From NCBI GenBank assembly GCA_010405405.1, contig MU004234.1, forward strand, positions 1,329,275 through 1,393,274: DNA of 64,000 nucleotides, written 5' to 3'. This document shows, in pieces, positions 51,527 through 64,000 of the stretch. How positions within the stretch are numbered: position 1 is the stretch's first letter; the number at the start of each line of letters is the position of its first letter. A program made the position numbers and the translations under genes. The notes under the pieces were generated by a model, which was not told the DNA's origin, did not search any database, and saw only the letters and a list, made by a program, of their open reading frames with translations. The DNA comes from Microthyrium microscopicum (Eukaryota).

Positions 51527-52908
51527 ATGAACATGGCCGACCATAGCAGCTTCTCGTCAAAGTTGACGCGTCAACTGGATGAGAGAGAGAGAGGAAAGCA
51601 TTGAAAACATTGCGTGCTACTTAGGACCCATTGATCTCAAGGTCATTCGTTTGACATCCCGAGCTATAAAGTCAAAAACGAACTACTTCATCAGCAAGCG
51701 CTTATTTCGCAAGATCACCACAAATCTTTCACGGAAAGAGCTGGAAAGGCTGTATCATTTCGCAATGACCTCAGACTTAGCATCATTCATTGAAACGATC
51801 ACTATTGACGGAGTTTTCAGACTCGAAGAATATGGTCTCGAAGACATATTGCTGGGGCAGGGCTTTACATGGCAAAGAATCCAAAGCTGTATTACACTGG
51901 CTAATAAGGGCCTTCGGCTTTTGGGTTGCCTCCTTTACAATTTCTTCCAAATTGCCGCTCCTTCTGTGTCGTCTCAGATGAAGCAGAAGTCAGACTATTA
52001 GATGGACAACGTCCCGTTCCAGATATAAGTTCAGAGTAGATCTCATCAGGAGATAGTCTTGCTCTACTCTTTATCATTCTCGCGGAAGCTACCCTACCAG
52101 TCGAAAATCTATACATCACTCAAACTGTCCGACACGCCTGATGGGATCCCCTTTCTCCGTCAAGCCGAATAGGCTTCCCCTAGAATGCATGGGCTCGCCC
52201 AACTTCGCCAAGGCAGTAAGCAAACTGAAGCGCCTTGTGCTCGATATTTATTCCGATGAAGACTATGATTTCGTCCCCAAGAGAATCCTTCCGTTGGTGA
52301 AGAACCTCGAAGCCTTGAAGCTATCCTACACCGCGACCACCGATTGCTGGACCTTTCCTGATGCCAATGAGTCTTTCAAATCGCTTCAAACTGGCGGAAT
52401 CGGCTTTTTGCGAGAGCTACACTTAAAAAAGCTCAATACTACGAAAGATGGTATCTTATCGCTCCTTGAGTCGTGCTCAAGTACTCTTAGAGCCCTCACT
52501 CTACACTTTGTCAATGTCACGATGCAAAGGCCAGGCAATTACAGGACTTTACTGCACCTCATAGCTTCGCGGCTTCCTCATCTCCGCGAATTCGTTCTCA
52601 GAGATTTATGTGACAACACCTCTATCTTCTTTGATGGACTGCTTGAAAACTCAGATAATATTACGCAACTACCTCCATTCGATTTCACACTTATCATCTC
52701 ACCCAGGGCTGATTTCCAGGGTATTGAGGGCGAAAAATGCATAGTTGGAGTGATGTATGAAGGTACAGAAGCGAGTAACGCGCTTCGTCACTTGTCCAGC
52801 TCAACCGTATCTTGGTCAGATATCTCAACTATCGAATTGGCAGATAATTTTTACAAGGCACTAAAGGACTGGGACATTTCCAAAGCACTCGATAATGAGT
52901 ATTGGTAA
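51527..52908 (+). pseudogene. F-box protein with LRR-like C-terminus, disrupted
   Basis: F-box-like IENIACYLGPIDLKVIRLTSR. Frame changes at the (GA)n tract near 51585 and near 51935 (to LPNCRSF), an in-frame TAG near 52037, and another frame change before ORF 52141 (LxxLxL repeats). Confidence 0.7.
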
Positions 52909-54243
52909 GAGATTCCTTTTCATCGCCCTCATTGTAATCTTGTTGTGTTTGACACGGCGTTCCCAAAGATCTTTACAGATTATTATTTGCAAGAACTGAT
53001 CACAACAGCATCTTGCGTATTAAGCAGTCGTTCCAAGGAACCCGTGCTAACAACTGCAGGTATCGTATGAAACCGGATAAAAGGTCGAACCGCACTAGCC
53101 AGGACAGGCTATCAGTGTAGATGGACAGTCGCCGAAGCTTCCGCGTCAACGGTAAGATAACCAGCCAGAGGAAAGGCGACGCGAGGTTGATGCTCTTGTC
53201 CACGGTTTAGATCTTCCAAATCTATACCGCAGCTCATACCCAGTCGTCCCGGCCTCATCGCCTTAAAAAAGCACGTCTTCGAACAAGCGACCAAGCATCT
53301 CATGATGTTCTTCTTGACCCTCGTCCAAAATTATCATATAGCCTCCTTTATCCAACTTCGTGATGCAACCGATACTCAGCCCGCTATCCATCGTTGGCGT
53401 ATCACCTCAAGCTCCTCATTGGAAATAAGCCATCCAAGCAGTTGCGCTTCGCGACATACAAATATCTGGTCAATATATGTTTTCTTATTAACACTGAGGT
53501 CATTGTGATAGCACGAATGCATACCGTCAATACTTGTGAGGACGAATAACTCGATCAAATTGGCAATGAGGCGATTTCCTCTCCTCGCTGTCAAGCTCCG
53601 ATGATCTCAAATAATTATGGTGGCAGTCGATCCATGACAGAAATTTCTCATAGTGTGTGCTCGGTGGACATGATGACTGCCATTCTTTGCTCGGGAGTTC
53701 TTCTTGGCTTCCTAGGAAACAGAAACAAGTAATGAAACCTTGTAAGAAGCAACTCTCGAAAAAGTTGTAGTCCAGCGGTTTTCTCAAGGACAGTTGAAGT
53801 TGAAAGTCAAAGCAGATGTGAAGGATCAAGCCGGTAGGCTGTGTTCATGCAAGATGACTCTGTGCATAATTTCTCAGCAAGGCATCATTTGTAATCTTGG
53901 GTTCCAAAAACCGACCAACTACAAGGCACAATGCGAACAAGGGAGATCTTTTCGCCCGAGGGATCACTTGGGATCAATCAAGCTTCGTAAACAGTACCCA
54001 TGCAAATCTCCAAACCCTGAAAGTGATTAGAAGTGACAAACCACCACGATCATAACAGGTAGCTGTCTGTATAAGCAACAATTACAAAGTCCTCTTATTA
54101 AATGGGAATATTTAATAATTAACATCAGGAGTAGGTATATATATCGATATGATAATCCAGAGTGCAACGGAGCCCATAAGAGCCCATAGTCTACCAATTC
54201 AGCATCACTTCCCATAATTGATATCCTCAACCCCGATTTAACC

Positions 54244-55017
54244 ATGTCTCGCACAAAGTCATCTCCAAAAGCCAGTACGAAGCCCAAAGCCAATCGAGAA
54301 ATACAAAATCTTCAGAGATTACTCGATGAGTCTATAGTCCTTTATCACCAATCATCATTATCAAAGACGATTTTCTCCACACTTCGATACAAGCAAAGAA
54401 CTCCAATCAACAATGTCATTTCCCTGGGTCTGGGAAGCTTGACTTCTCAAGACCAATCTCGCAGAATAAAACAATTGACAATTTTTCTGGCTATCTCTGA
54501 GGAATTAGAGTCATTGTCAAAAACTTCCATCAAGCTTTACGCTCAGGATCCCACATTCACAAAGATCGACGAAGCATTTCTCCAAAGCCTTGGAATCAAC
54601 ATCTTGAGAACGCCATCTCCTTCTATGCTTGGAGAGGCAGAACATTACATTAGCGAAAAGTCACTAGTGTATAGCCCTTTCCTTACAATACAGGCTTATC
54701 AAAGTCTATTCAATTCGAGTCCAATGGGAATGCTCATTGGAGATGACTTTAACGCCTTGAATTTAAAGTTTTCAAAGTTTACAGAAGACTATGAGGATGT
54801 GGATAGACTGGTCAGGCATGAACTAGTGAAGTATCAAAGGCGTTCGTTGGTACAAGACTCCAAAGTCGATCCTTCGTTCTGGGACAAGGAAGACAAGATG
54901 TTTCCAATGGCCTTATACAGGAGAGAGGCGAGGATATCGAGTAGCCAAAGGCCAATACATCCAGTACGGCAAGGTAGTGGTTACGGACTAGAAAAGACTA
55001 TATCCGCACGCTTGTAG
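54244..55017 (+). CDS. SRR1-like domain protein
   Basis: VISLGLGSL...QL...YAQDPTFTKIDEAFLQSLGINIL pattern; intact single-exon ORF. Confidence 0.8.
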   Translation: MSRTKSSPKASTKPKANREIQNLQRLLDESIVLYHQSSLSKTIFSTLRYKQRTPINNVISLGLGSLTSQDQSRRIKQLTIFLAISEELESLSKTSIKLYAQDPTFTKIDEAFLQSLGINILRTPSPSMLGEAEHYISEKSLVYSPFLTIQAYQSLFNSSPMGMLIGDDFNALNLKFSKFTEDYEDVDRLVRHELVKYQRRSLVQDSKVDPSFWDKEDKMFPMALYRREARISSSQRPIHPVRQGSGYGLEKTISARL

Positions 55018-55168
55018 CATACCTCAACAACATACTCATAACGCTTGTAATATTAGATGATACCCCTATTCAGACTATTTCTCAATTATCACAGCCATTT
55101 TATATGCGAAAGGTGATAGTAGAAAACTCTCCAATCGAGTCATCTTTTTCTTAACCCATCATGTTGCC

Positions 55169-56806
55169 CTACAATTCGTCTCGCTTCCTCAACTTATTAC
55201 CCTCAACCTTTCTCAGCCTAAACAAGCCAAGACTTCTCCTGTCAACCGTAGCTGTGAGAGTTCCACCAGCACTCAGTCTCCCAATCTTCTTTCCAAACAG
55301 CGCTGTAGCATTCGCTTTCAAACCGTCCGCATAACTCACTCGCGTTGAATTATATCGTGTGGTACTATTCATTGCCACAACTTCCGCGGTTCCATTCAAG
55401 ATTTGTCCTGCTTCAGCCTCACCCATCCGGTTTGCCCACAAATCATAGATATCGAATTCTTCACTTAGCTCGGCTGCCACCGTATAAGTTCCACTGGTTC
55501 CTTGGTCGATGAATAGATCCTTTGCAGTTGCATTCATACTTCTGCTAGCATTTCCAGCGTTGACAAGTGCCACCACCGAGTCACCATTGTCCATTGTGCG
55601 AGTCCACAGCGCAATCTCACCAATTCCATACTCGTCCGTGTCGGCTACTGGATAGCGCCACTTTCTTACAGCTGCGCCTGCCGATGGATCTTGGTTTAGA
55701 GCTATAACAGCAGGGTTGCTCAGAATCGCAAGATTCCCAGGTGACAGACTGAGTAGATTTGTACCGATAAGGAGAGGCGAGGACATGAATGCCCACATGG
55801 AAAAGTGCGTCACGTATTCGGAATCAGTCATGCCAGCATTACCAACCTCAAGCATGTCCATGTCGTTAAATGAGCCGCTTTGAGTTCGCTGCCCAATGGA
55901 GGCCATCATGTTGAGGATCTTGAGAACACTGCAGTGATAACCTGCGAAACTACATCCGATGGCCTCGTCGCATGGGCAGCGTGGATCTGGGCGTGAAAAG
56001 CTATCTGTCATATGTTAGTCATGGAAAATCATGAAGATGAAGAAAGAGGAAGGTACCGTAAATATCACCGCTCATCCGATACGAGTTTGCAATCGTGTAT
56101 GCCCAGTCAAATGGATTATCTTGACCCCAATTGCACATGCTGTACAGAATGGGTCTTCCAGTCGCATTGAGCGCCTTACTCATGACATTATATCGATCAA
56201 AGCTAAGCTTTGGAGTACCGCTTTGCCCTTGATTATAGCAATTATCATATTTCAAGTAGTCCACACCCCAAGAGGCCCATAAGTCGGCGTCTTTCTGCTC
56301 ATATCCTAGACTGCCGGGATATCGCCCACATGTATACAGGCCTGCAGATGAGTAGATCCCAAACTTGAGACCATATGAATGAACCTGTGAGATTAGACTT
56401 TTCATTCCCTACTTGATGTTAGTGAGAGAGACGGGTGACAATCAGAGAACCGCGAGGTAGTCGTGGCATACATTTGGGAACTTGACTGTATCTTCCACCA
56501 AATAACCACTATCATTCCGGCCTGTCGACCAACAATCGTCCAATATCAGATAATCGTATCCTAGCTCTTTCAACCCCAAGCTCACCAAAGATTTGGCCGT
56601 ATTCAACAGCAAAGTCTCATTAACATTACACTGGAACGCATTCCTATAAATTTGAGCCAAGAGCTATGCCAAGTTGAGAGAGAAACATACCACGTATTCC
56701 AGCCCATCTGCGGCGTCAAATTAAGTCCATTATAACTCGTTGCACCCGGAGCATAAGCAATGGTTAGACCAGTGCCGGCCGCGATCACAGCTGCAATGCG
56801 CATCAT
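55169..56806 (-). CDS. GH27 alpha-galactosidase, multi-exon
   Basis: Signal peptide, [51 protein letters not shown] and HFSMW; ends in RDEL. Confidence 0.95.
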
Positions 56807-58076
56807 CTCTTGCAGTTTTTGAAAGACGAAAAGTGTGCAGTAGCTTGCCATCCTACTATTTATTAATAAATAAGATGAAGCATAGAAGTCGAGGTCCAAG
56901 TGCTCAGGTGATATTAATTTGGAACTCCGTTTTGCCGACCAATTGCCCTGTTTGCCTGCGTTCGTGAACACGATCACAGCATCCCGTAAGATGGTTGACA
57001 GGGAGCATATCCCATGTATGATGATTTACTCCTCTTTGGCACCCACATATTATGCAATTGGAGATGTAGTGTAGCATTTCAGTACTAGGCCATGTAGCTT
57101 TCTGGACCGAATCAGCAATTTTCAACCTTTCTTGGCTTCATATATTATTTGTATAGTTCTCAGCCCTGTAGCAATATCCTGTGATCTCATAAGGTGACAA
57201 AGAGCAATACAGCCTCAAAGGCTTGTCGAAACTGTACAACGTACAATCATTAAGATAAGCCTGATTTAAACTCCGAGATCTCTCGTGTTTAGCACATCTT
57301 TGGTAATATTAGACCTGGCCAGCACATGAAGGAAAGTCTCGTATGCTTTCTTTACTGGTTCTTCCCAAGATATATAGGTGAAGATATCAGGAGACGTAAG
57401 ATTCCCAACAGAGGCATATCATAGGAACCCAAATGATCAGCAAAGTTATCTGCAAAGGCCACTTTTCAATGTTGTGACAACAAAAACGAAGTCCATATGC
57501 GAGTGTAAGTTCTGGTCCTGGAGCTGGGTAGCGCGGGCAGCTTTGCTGACGAGAACAACTTGATCTATACGACACATTTGGGCTATTAACACTCTCAAGG
57601 CCTACTAGTTAATGAGTATGATACTGTGTTGCGTAGAGGTGGTGAAGATGTTGTTGTAAAGAAGGAGAAAGAAAACAGCCCCACCATTTTTTCGAGATTT
57701 ATTGTGACGACGATCAATTGAGACAAACCCCACTAGCCGCCATCAACCAACAAGCAACTCTCCACCGTCTTCCATCCTCCATCCTCCACCCTCCTTTTCT
57801 TCCACATTTTCGAAATATATCAAATCAACATTGCCATATTCGCCTGGCAACGTGCTCTTGTCGTCGACTGCAATTGATCCAACCGGATAGCTTCAAGCTT
57901 AGCGAACGTCCCGCTTTCAACGCACTCAACCCAACATCTGTACCTCACTTTCACCGCCTTCTACAAATTTTGTACCACCTTGTGACCACTCAAGGTTGAC
58001 AACTATTCTCACTCCCCCCGAAGAGGTTTCTCTGCTCAATCTCCCTTCTCATAACCTGCAACTATCCGCTTTCATT

Positions 58077-59495
58077 ATGGCCACACTTGCTGCCAGACCG
58101 CGCCAAAACGGCGCAACCACAACCAAAGCTGTATTGCTTGTAGGAGGCCCGTCTCGTGGAACCCGCTTTAGACCATTGTCTCTAGACAAGCCCAAGGTAT
58201 GCTTCCCAGAGCTAAGCAGCTCACATTAAGGATTAACCTCGATTGTCTAGCCCCTCTTCGAAATCGCCGGTCATCCCATCATCGAACACTGTCTACGCGC
58301 CATCAGCAAGGTTCCCGAAATCAAAGAAGTCTACGTAATCGGCTACTATGAAGAGGACATCTTTCGTTCCTTCCTCCAAGATTGCACCAAAATCTTTCCT
58401 TCTCTGACCGTCAAATATCTTCGCGAATACGAAGCTTTGGGAACTGCTGGCGGATTATACCATTTCCGTGATGCCATCTTGAAAGGATCTCCTGGTCGAC
58501 TTTTCGTTCTCAATGCCGACGTCTGTTGCAGTTTCCCACTTGGACAAATGCTCAAGCTTTTCGAAGAGAAGAATGCCGAGGCAGTATTACTTGGTACTCG
58601 AGTTCCAGAAGATGCTGCAACCAACTTTGGATGCATTGTCAGCGATCCCAATACCAAACAGGTTCTTCATTACGTGGAGAAGCCCGAATCCAAGATTTCG
58701 AATTTGATCAACTGCGGAGTCTATCTGTTCGATACCGAATGCATCTTCCCAGCCATTGGAAAAGCATACAAACGCCGAGCGGATCGTCCTAGACTTCTCT
58801 CCTATCCTTCATCAGAGAATTTGGAGACATCATACATCGCTGATGAGGAGGATAGTGGCACCAATCAGGTTATTCGTTTAGAACAAGACATCTTGTCAGA
58901 CTTGGCGGATACTCGACAATTCTTCGTTCTAGAAACCAAGGACTTTTGGCGTCAAATCAAAACTGCAGGCTCTGCGGTTCCAGCGAATGCTCTCTATCTT
59001 ACAAAGGCATTTCAATTGCAATCACCCGAGCTATCCAAAGCATCGGCCGTCATTCTTCCTCCAGTCTTCATTCACCCGACTGCCAAAGTTGATCCTACAG
59101 CCAAACTTGGACCAAATGTTTCCATCGGCCCTCGCGCTAAGATCGGTCCGGGCGTGAGAATCAAGGAGTCTATCGTATTGGAAGATACTGAAATCAAGCA
59201 TGATGCTTGTGTCCTGTATTCCATCATTGGATGGGGAAGCAAAGTTGGCGCCTGGGCTCGTGTTGAAGGCACGCCAACCCCGTTAACCAGCCATAGCACC
59301 AGCATTATCAAGAATGGTATCAAAGTTCAAAGCATTACAATCCTAGGAAAGGAGTGTGGCGTTGGTGATGAAGTCAAGGTACAGAACTGTGTTTGTCTAC
59401 CTCACAAAGAATTGAAGCGGGTATGTTAGGTCATTCTATTCCTTGTGCATAACTAACTGTGATATTAGGATGTGACTAATGAAGTTATCATGTAA
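58077..59495 (+). CDS. Mannose-1-phosphate guanylyltransferase alpha-like (GMPPA type), 3 exons
   Basis: LLVGGPSRGTRFRPLS, GTAGGLYHFRD, HYVEKP, FWRQIKTAGS and hexapeptide repeats; last exon DVTNEVIM*. Confidence 0.93.
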
Positions 59496-59651
59496 ATGTC
59501 TTCAACGTCATTCAAATCGAATTCAGCGAAACCAAACATACTAGAGGCATGTATAGCGTAGCTGTCAGTGTTCTTATGGTCTTAGCAGCATAACGAGGGA
59601 ATGGTTCATATCAACATATGCTGGAGCCGTGTTCTATAGAGGTATCATGAA

Positions 59652-60655
59652 TCAATAAAAGTTTCCCTTGATCTTCCCAATCAAATGGTCTCCATATACT
59701 ACTTCGTCCCCAATCTCCTTGCCGCCAGTTTTTTCAATGCATTTCTTTAGTGGTCGAATACGAGCATTGAAGTTTGGTTCGAAGAAGAATGGTACACTGA
59801 CCCGATAATTGGAGCCAGTATGTATGACCCGATGTAATGTGCTTTTCCATAGTCCATTGGTCCATCTTTCTATCATATCCCCAATGTTCACAACGTACGC
59901 ACCTGGAATGGGATTGGCGTATATCCATTCCCCAGATCGTGTGAGTACCTGTAGAGCATTGGGTGTCTCATCTGCAAGCAGCAAAGTCACGCAACCATAA
60001 TCTGGAAACTCAGCTTGTATTCCAATGGCTGATGAAAAATCTTACCTGTATGCTCTCCACAACTCACACCTTCAGCACAGTCTTCTAGTGGAGGATATCC
60101 AATCATCCGCATCACCCAAAAGCTCTTGTCAGTGCACCGTACCAGCTCGTTTGCCTCATCGCCATCCAATCCTAGCGCTCGTCCCATTGCTTCGACTAAC
60201 ACGCTGCCTACCTTCAAAACTTCCTCCACATACTTGTTCATCTCCGCCTTTAAATCTGCAGGCTGCTCAGGCCAGAGATTCTTCCCACCCAGCGTCCCGT
60301 CCTTTGGTCGTAGGCTGCTGTTGCTTTCATCCCATTCCCTGTAAAAGTCCACTGCTTCATGCGCATCCCGTTTGCCTAAGGTGACGTTTTCTCCTAGACG
60401 CTGGAATCCTCGTGCACCGTCTGGATCTTGACGGGCTAGGCGCTCTTTGTCCGCGGGACTAGCGGTCTTGAAAAAGTTTCTTGTGAGAGTAAGGACCTGC
60501 TTGAGGCGCTCAGGTGGTATGCCGTGGTCGGTCAGATAAAAGAAGCCATGGGTTGTGCAGGCTGATGACAAGGCATTGAGAGTATTTTGGAGATCTGAGG
60601 GAGATGGCAAGGTGGTCAGTAGTGGAGCGAGTGAGATTACTGGAAGAGTTGACAT
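59652..60655 (-). CDS. 2-oxoglutarate/Fe(II) dioxygenase (IPNS-like), 2 exons
   Basis: ACTTHGFFYLTDHGI, GEHT/DYG across the intron, NIGDMIERWTNG, STLHRV and RVSVPFF. Confidence 0.92.
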
Positions 60656-60893
60656 GGCGATAGGCTGGAAGTGAGAAGGCTTGGAGGGGAAAAGGGGAGG
60701 TAAAGAATGAGGTTGAGAGAAAAGGTGGGTTTGATAATCGCGCTGCCCCACTTTGGAGACCCAGTCATCAAAAATGGTTTTGTTAGACAGGAACGAAGAG
60801 TTTAGTTCAGATGCGTGTTTATTCCCATTTCTACGGAAAGTGACTATTGTGATACGGTCGAGTCATTTCCGGGAACTTTCACCATCAAGCGAA

Positions 60894-61584
60894 TCAGAAC
60901 TTGCCATCCTCCACTGCCTGTTTCAAGACATGCATGGTATCTTCAAGAACTCGAGCTGCCTGCACACGAACGGGTTCGTTCAGAGCCTGTTATTTTGTCA
61001 GTGACAATGTACATGTATTGCATTGTTGTATTGATTGGTCCTTACATTGGATCGATCAGATACTACCGCGTCAACATGAGCTGTTATGGTTTCTTGGACG
61101 AAATCAATGAAAGCCTTTGATCGTGCAATGCGAGCGAGGTTGGGTCCAAGAGTGGTTAGACCGATCTCTTCGACATTGCGCGTCAGTGTTGTGATTGAGT
61201 CTAGTGGTAGGCTGGCCGTGAAGCGTTCCAAATCCTAATTGGAACCCAACATCAATTCATGAATGGCTTTGGTAAGAGCCAGTTTGTGGCGGAGACGTTG
61301 AGCCTCTTTGGCCAATGCCGCAATCTCGAGTGCTAGAAATTAATCAGTAGCTTCAATAAAACTCAAAGACTTTACTTACAACGCTCATTGAAAGGCATTC
61401 TGTAGATCCTAATCCAGTTCGATTTGTTCGCCTCGTGTTCTTTGGCATTTGCGGTGTCTTCGGCTGTGGCGTTGTCGTCGGTCTGGGCGTTGTCTTCGTC
61501 GATTGAACTCTTTGATGGGGGAAAGGGTTCCTTCGCTCCGTTTGCTTCTTCTCCGCCGAGCAGAATCTTTGAGAAGTTGTCCAT
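60894..61584 (-). pseudogene. Hypothetical 3-exon gene with one in-frame TAG
   Basis: Two canonical GTAAG...AG introns link MDNFSK..., SLEIAALAKEAQRL... and ALNEPVRVQ...GKF*. A TAG at 61235-61237 interrupts exon 2. Confidence 0.5.
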
Positions 61585-62063
61585 CTTGAATTTGATGAAG
61601 GATAACGAATGGAACTCAAAGTTAATGGAGCGTAGAAGGGAAAAGACAGGAGTTGAGTATGAGGTTGGAAGTTTAGAGATAAGATCAGGTAACCATCTAA
61701 TCAATGTTTCCAAATCATGAGCCCAAAATCCGGCTAAAAGCAATTTCTACAATATCTATTTGGGAAGAAAAATCATTCTAATTTCTAGCGCGTTGAATGA
61801 AATAGTTCTTACTTAATAAACTACTAGAGAATTGATTTGGTAGCTAGTTGAAGCGGCATGTTTTGGAGATATCTCGAAATAGATTAGATTGATGTCACGA
61901 TCTAATCTTTCTTGCGCTTGGTGCCAAGGCTGCCGCCTGCTCCTTAACATCACAACTTCATTTACTCCTGACTACTTTCAACTCTTTTGCTCTTTACTAC
62001 TCTACTTCAATTCCTTCCTTTTCAATTGAAAAGCTTGTTATTAGAGAATCACTAATCGTCAAA

Positions 62064-64000
62064 ATGGATGGAAAAGATTCAGCCGGTGACCCCTTTCCAC
62101 CCCGCCTCAAGGACAACATAACATTCCAAGAACTACACGAGGCTCGTTTGAAGAAGAAAAATGAACTAGTCAAGATGAAAGAAGTTCTTGAAGGCGAAGC
62201 TGGAATCAAGGCGATGTATGGCAAGCTCGAGAAGATCGAGGCCAATGTGGATGCATCATCCGATTAGAAGTCGAATGTGGAACACATGAAGAAAGTCCTT
62301 GATCATCACCTTCCTCTCAACAAATCCGAGCCATTGGATGGTAATCCTGCTGCTCTGACTGAAAAGATTGGTTCTATGCAGCAATCAGTCAACACACTCT
62401 CTGGACATGTCGGCTCCATCCAAGGGCTTTCTAGCAATGTTGGTTTCATGCAGCAATCGATTAACACCTTCTCTGGAAATATCAGCTCCATGCAAGCATC
62501 AATCGATACCGTCTCTGGTCATGTCAGCTCCATGAAAGCATCAGTCGACAACATCTCTGGAAACGTTGGCTCAATCGAAGAACTTTCTGGAAAGATTGGT
62601 ACCATGCAAGCATCGGTGAAAACCGTCTCTGAACATATCAGCTCAATCCAAGGGCTCTCTAGCAACATTGGCTCCATGCAAGCTTCAGGCAATACCATCT
62701 CTGGACACATTAGCTCAATCCAACAGCTTTCTAGCAATGTTGCTTCCATGCAGCAATCAGTTGATCAGTCAAACGCTGGGGTTGATCAGTTTGCTGGAGT
62801 TCTTGATGACGTTTGGGATAGCATGCAAAAATGCTTGGACAAAGTAAGACTCCTTCGTGACAGCGCGGGTTGACTTCTCATACTGACAAAATCCAGGTTG
62901 CTGTTGAGGGACTGGAAAGTTTTGCGGAGCTCATCAAGCAAAAAATGATGATACGAGATCAGAACATGGTGAATAGGATCGTTGATAAGCAAAAGAAATC
63001 CAATGAGGAACAATTCGAGGTAATATCTTTGCTCTACATTACATTGCCAAATACTAATGACTTAAAGACCCTCAAAAGCGCCATCAGTTCCAGCATTCAA
63101 GGACAAATGGGAACGATTCGAAATGATGTGGATGCCCAAATTCAGCGTCTTGGATCTGCCACCTCCGCTCATATTACGTCCTTGAAAAACTCTATGCAGA
63201 GCGAGCTCGCGGCCAAGATCAAAATGTTTGACGAAGCCGTCCGCAGCGAGGTTGCTACCCAGATCAAAATCGTTAACGATGCTGCCTCCCTACGAATCAA
63301 AAATTTTGAGGATACCGCCGCTGCTGAGATCAAAACGTCTAACGATGCTGCGTCCGCCAGACTCAACAGCTTTAAGCAGGCCGCCCGTAGCGAGGTCAAC
63401 AACCAGATCAAGATGTCTGACGACGCTGCGTCTGCCAGACTCAACAGCTTTGAGCAGGCCCCCCGTAGCGAGGTCAACAACCAGATCAAAATCTTTGACG
63501 CCGCTGCGTCTGCCAGACTCAATAGATTCGAGGAAGCCGCCCGTAGCGAGGTCATTACCCAGATCAAAATCTTTGACGCCGCCGCCTCCGCCCAACTCAT
63601 TAGATTCGAGCAGGCCGCCCGTAGCGAGGTCAACAACCAGATCAAAATCTTTGACGCCGCTGCGTCTGCCAGACTCAACAGCTTTGAGCAGGCCCCCCGT
63701 AGCGAGGTCAACAACCAGATCAAAATCTTTGACGCCGCTGCCTCCGCCCAAATCGTTGAGACTGCCGTCCGAAACGATACCGCTTCTCGTACCAATGTGT
63801 TTGCCACCGCCGCCCCTGCGCAGGCTCCCGAGGTGAACATTCTGGGTGGTGGCAGTGGCACCTATCGGTTCCAGGGCCCTCATGGGCCAGTTGAGGTCCA
63901 TGGTGCGACCTCAGCTGAACATTTCGAGAAGGCCAAGGAATACTTTCTTGGTCTGAAAGCCGAAAAGATCACCCGTTCTTACAAAGGCTGCATCGAGACT
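62064..64000 (+). pseudogene. Long coiled-coil repeat protein gene (runs off the window end) with one in-frame TAG at 62265-62267
   Basis: ORFs 62064 and 62277 share a frame. Introns at about 62844-62897 and 63020-63067 keep the frame open to 64000. Could instead be an intact gene using a downstream start. Confidence 0.6.
63386..63750 (+). repeat. Coding 78-bp tandem repeat (26 aa, RSEVNNQIKIFDAAASARLNSFEQAA)
   Basis: CGTAGCGAGG recurs at 63386, 63464, 63542, 63620 and 63698, with degenerate copies upstream. Confidence 0.95.

Noticed and set aside
53000..54100. Short ORFs between the F-box pseudogene and the SRR1-like gene
   Set aside because: No motifs recognised; likely intergenic or heavily decayed.
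61235..62267. TAG reassignment or alternative genetic code
   Set aside because: TAG is the true terminator of conserved genes here (EamA, PLD, GH27 after RDEL, SRR1-like).
63169..63901. ORFs 63169..63861(-), 63228..63836(+) and 63290..63901(-) as genes, or the 78-bp repeat as a CRISPR array
   Set aside because: These are shadow frames of a coding tandem repeat. There are no unique spacers and no cas genes, and the context is eukaryotic.

Overview
Intron-containing eukaryotic DNA from a filamentous ascomycete with strong repeat-induced point mutation (RIP); no CRISPR arrays or RNA genes were seen. From 1-34 kb: two hypothetical genes, an EamA transporter, a Streptomyces-type phospholipase D, a convergent Tdp1/Nth1 DNA-repair pair, and a MOV10/SDE3-like SF1 RNA helicase. 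Upstream of the helicase lies a decaying accessory island (about 20-31 kb) with a tandem family of F-box/4-Cys proteins, a chromodomain missed by the ORF track, a secreted bacterial-like protein and a phosphotransferase pseudogene, then CAF16 and CSN5. From 34201-51391 is a 17.2-kb AT-rich block that resolves into two nested, RIP-destroyed Ty3/Gypsy LTR retrotransposons. All four LTRs and both 5-bp TSDs are readable, and each element appears to carry an extra antisense Cys-rich ORF. From 51.5-64 kb: an F-box pseudogene, an SRR1-like gene, a GH27 alpha-galactosidase, a GMPPA-like gene, a 2OG-Fe(II) oxygenase, and a divergent pair of lineage-specific genes, one encoding a long coiled-coil repeat protein. 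Family calls come from motif recognition only, and splice models were inferred by eye.
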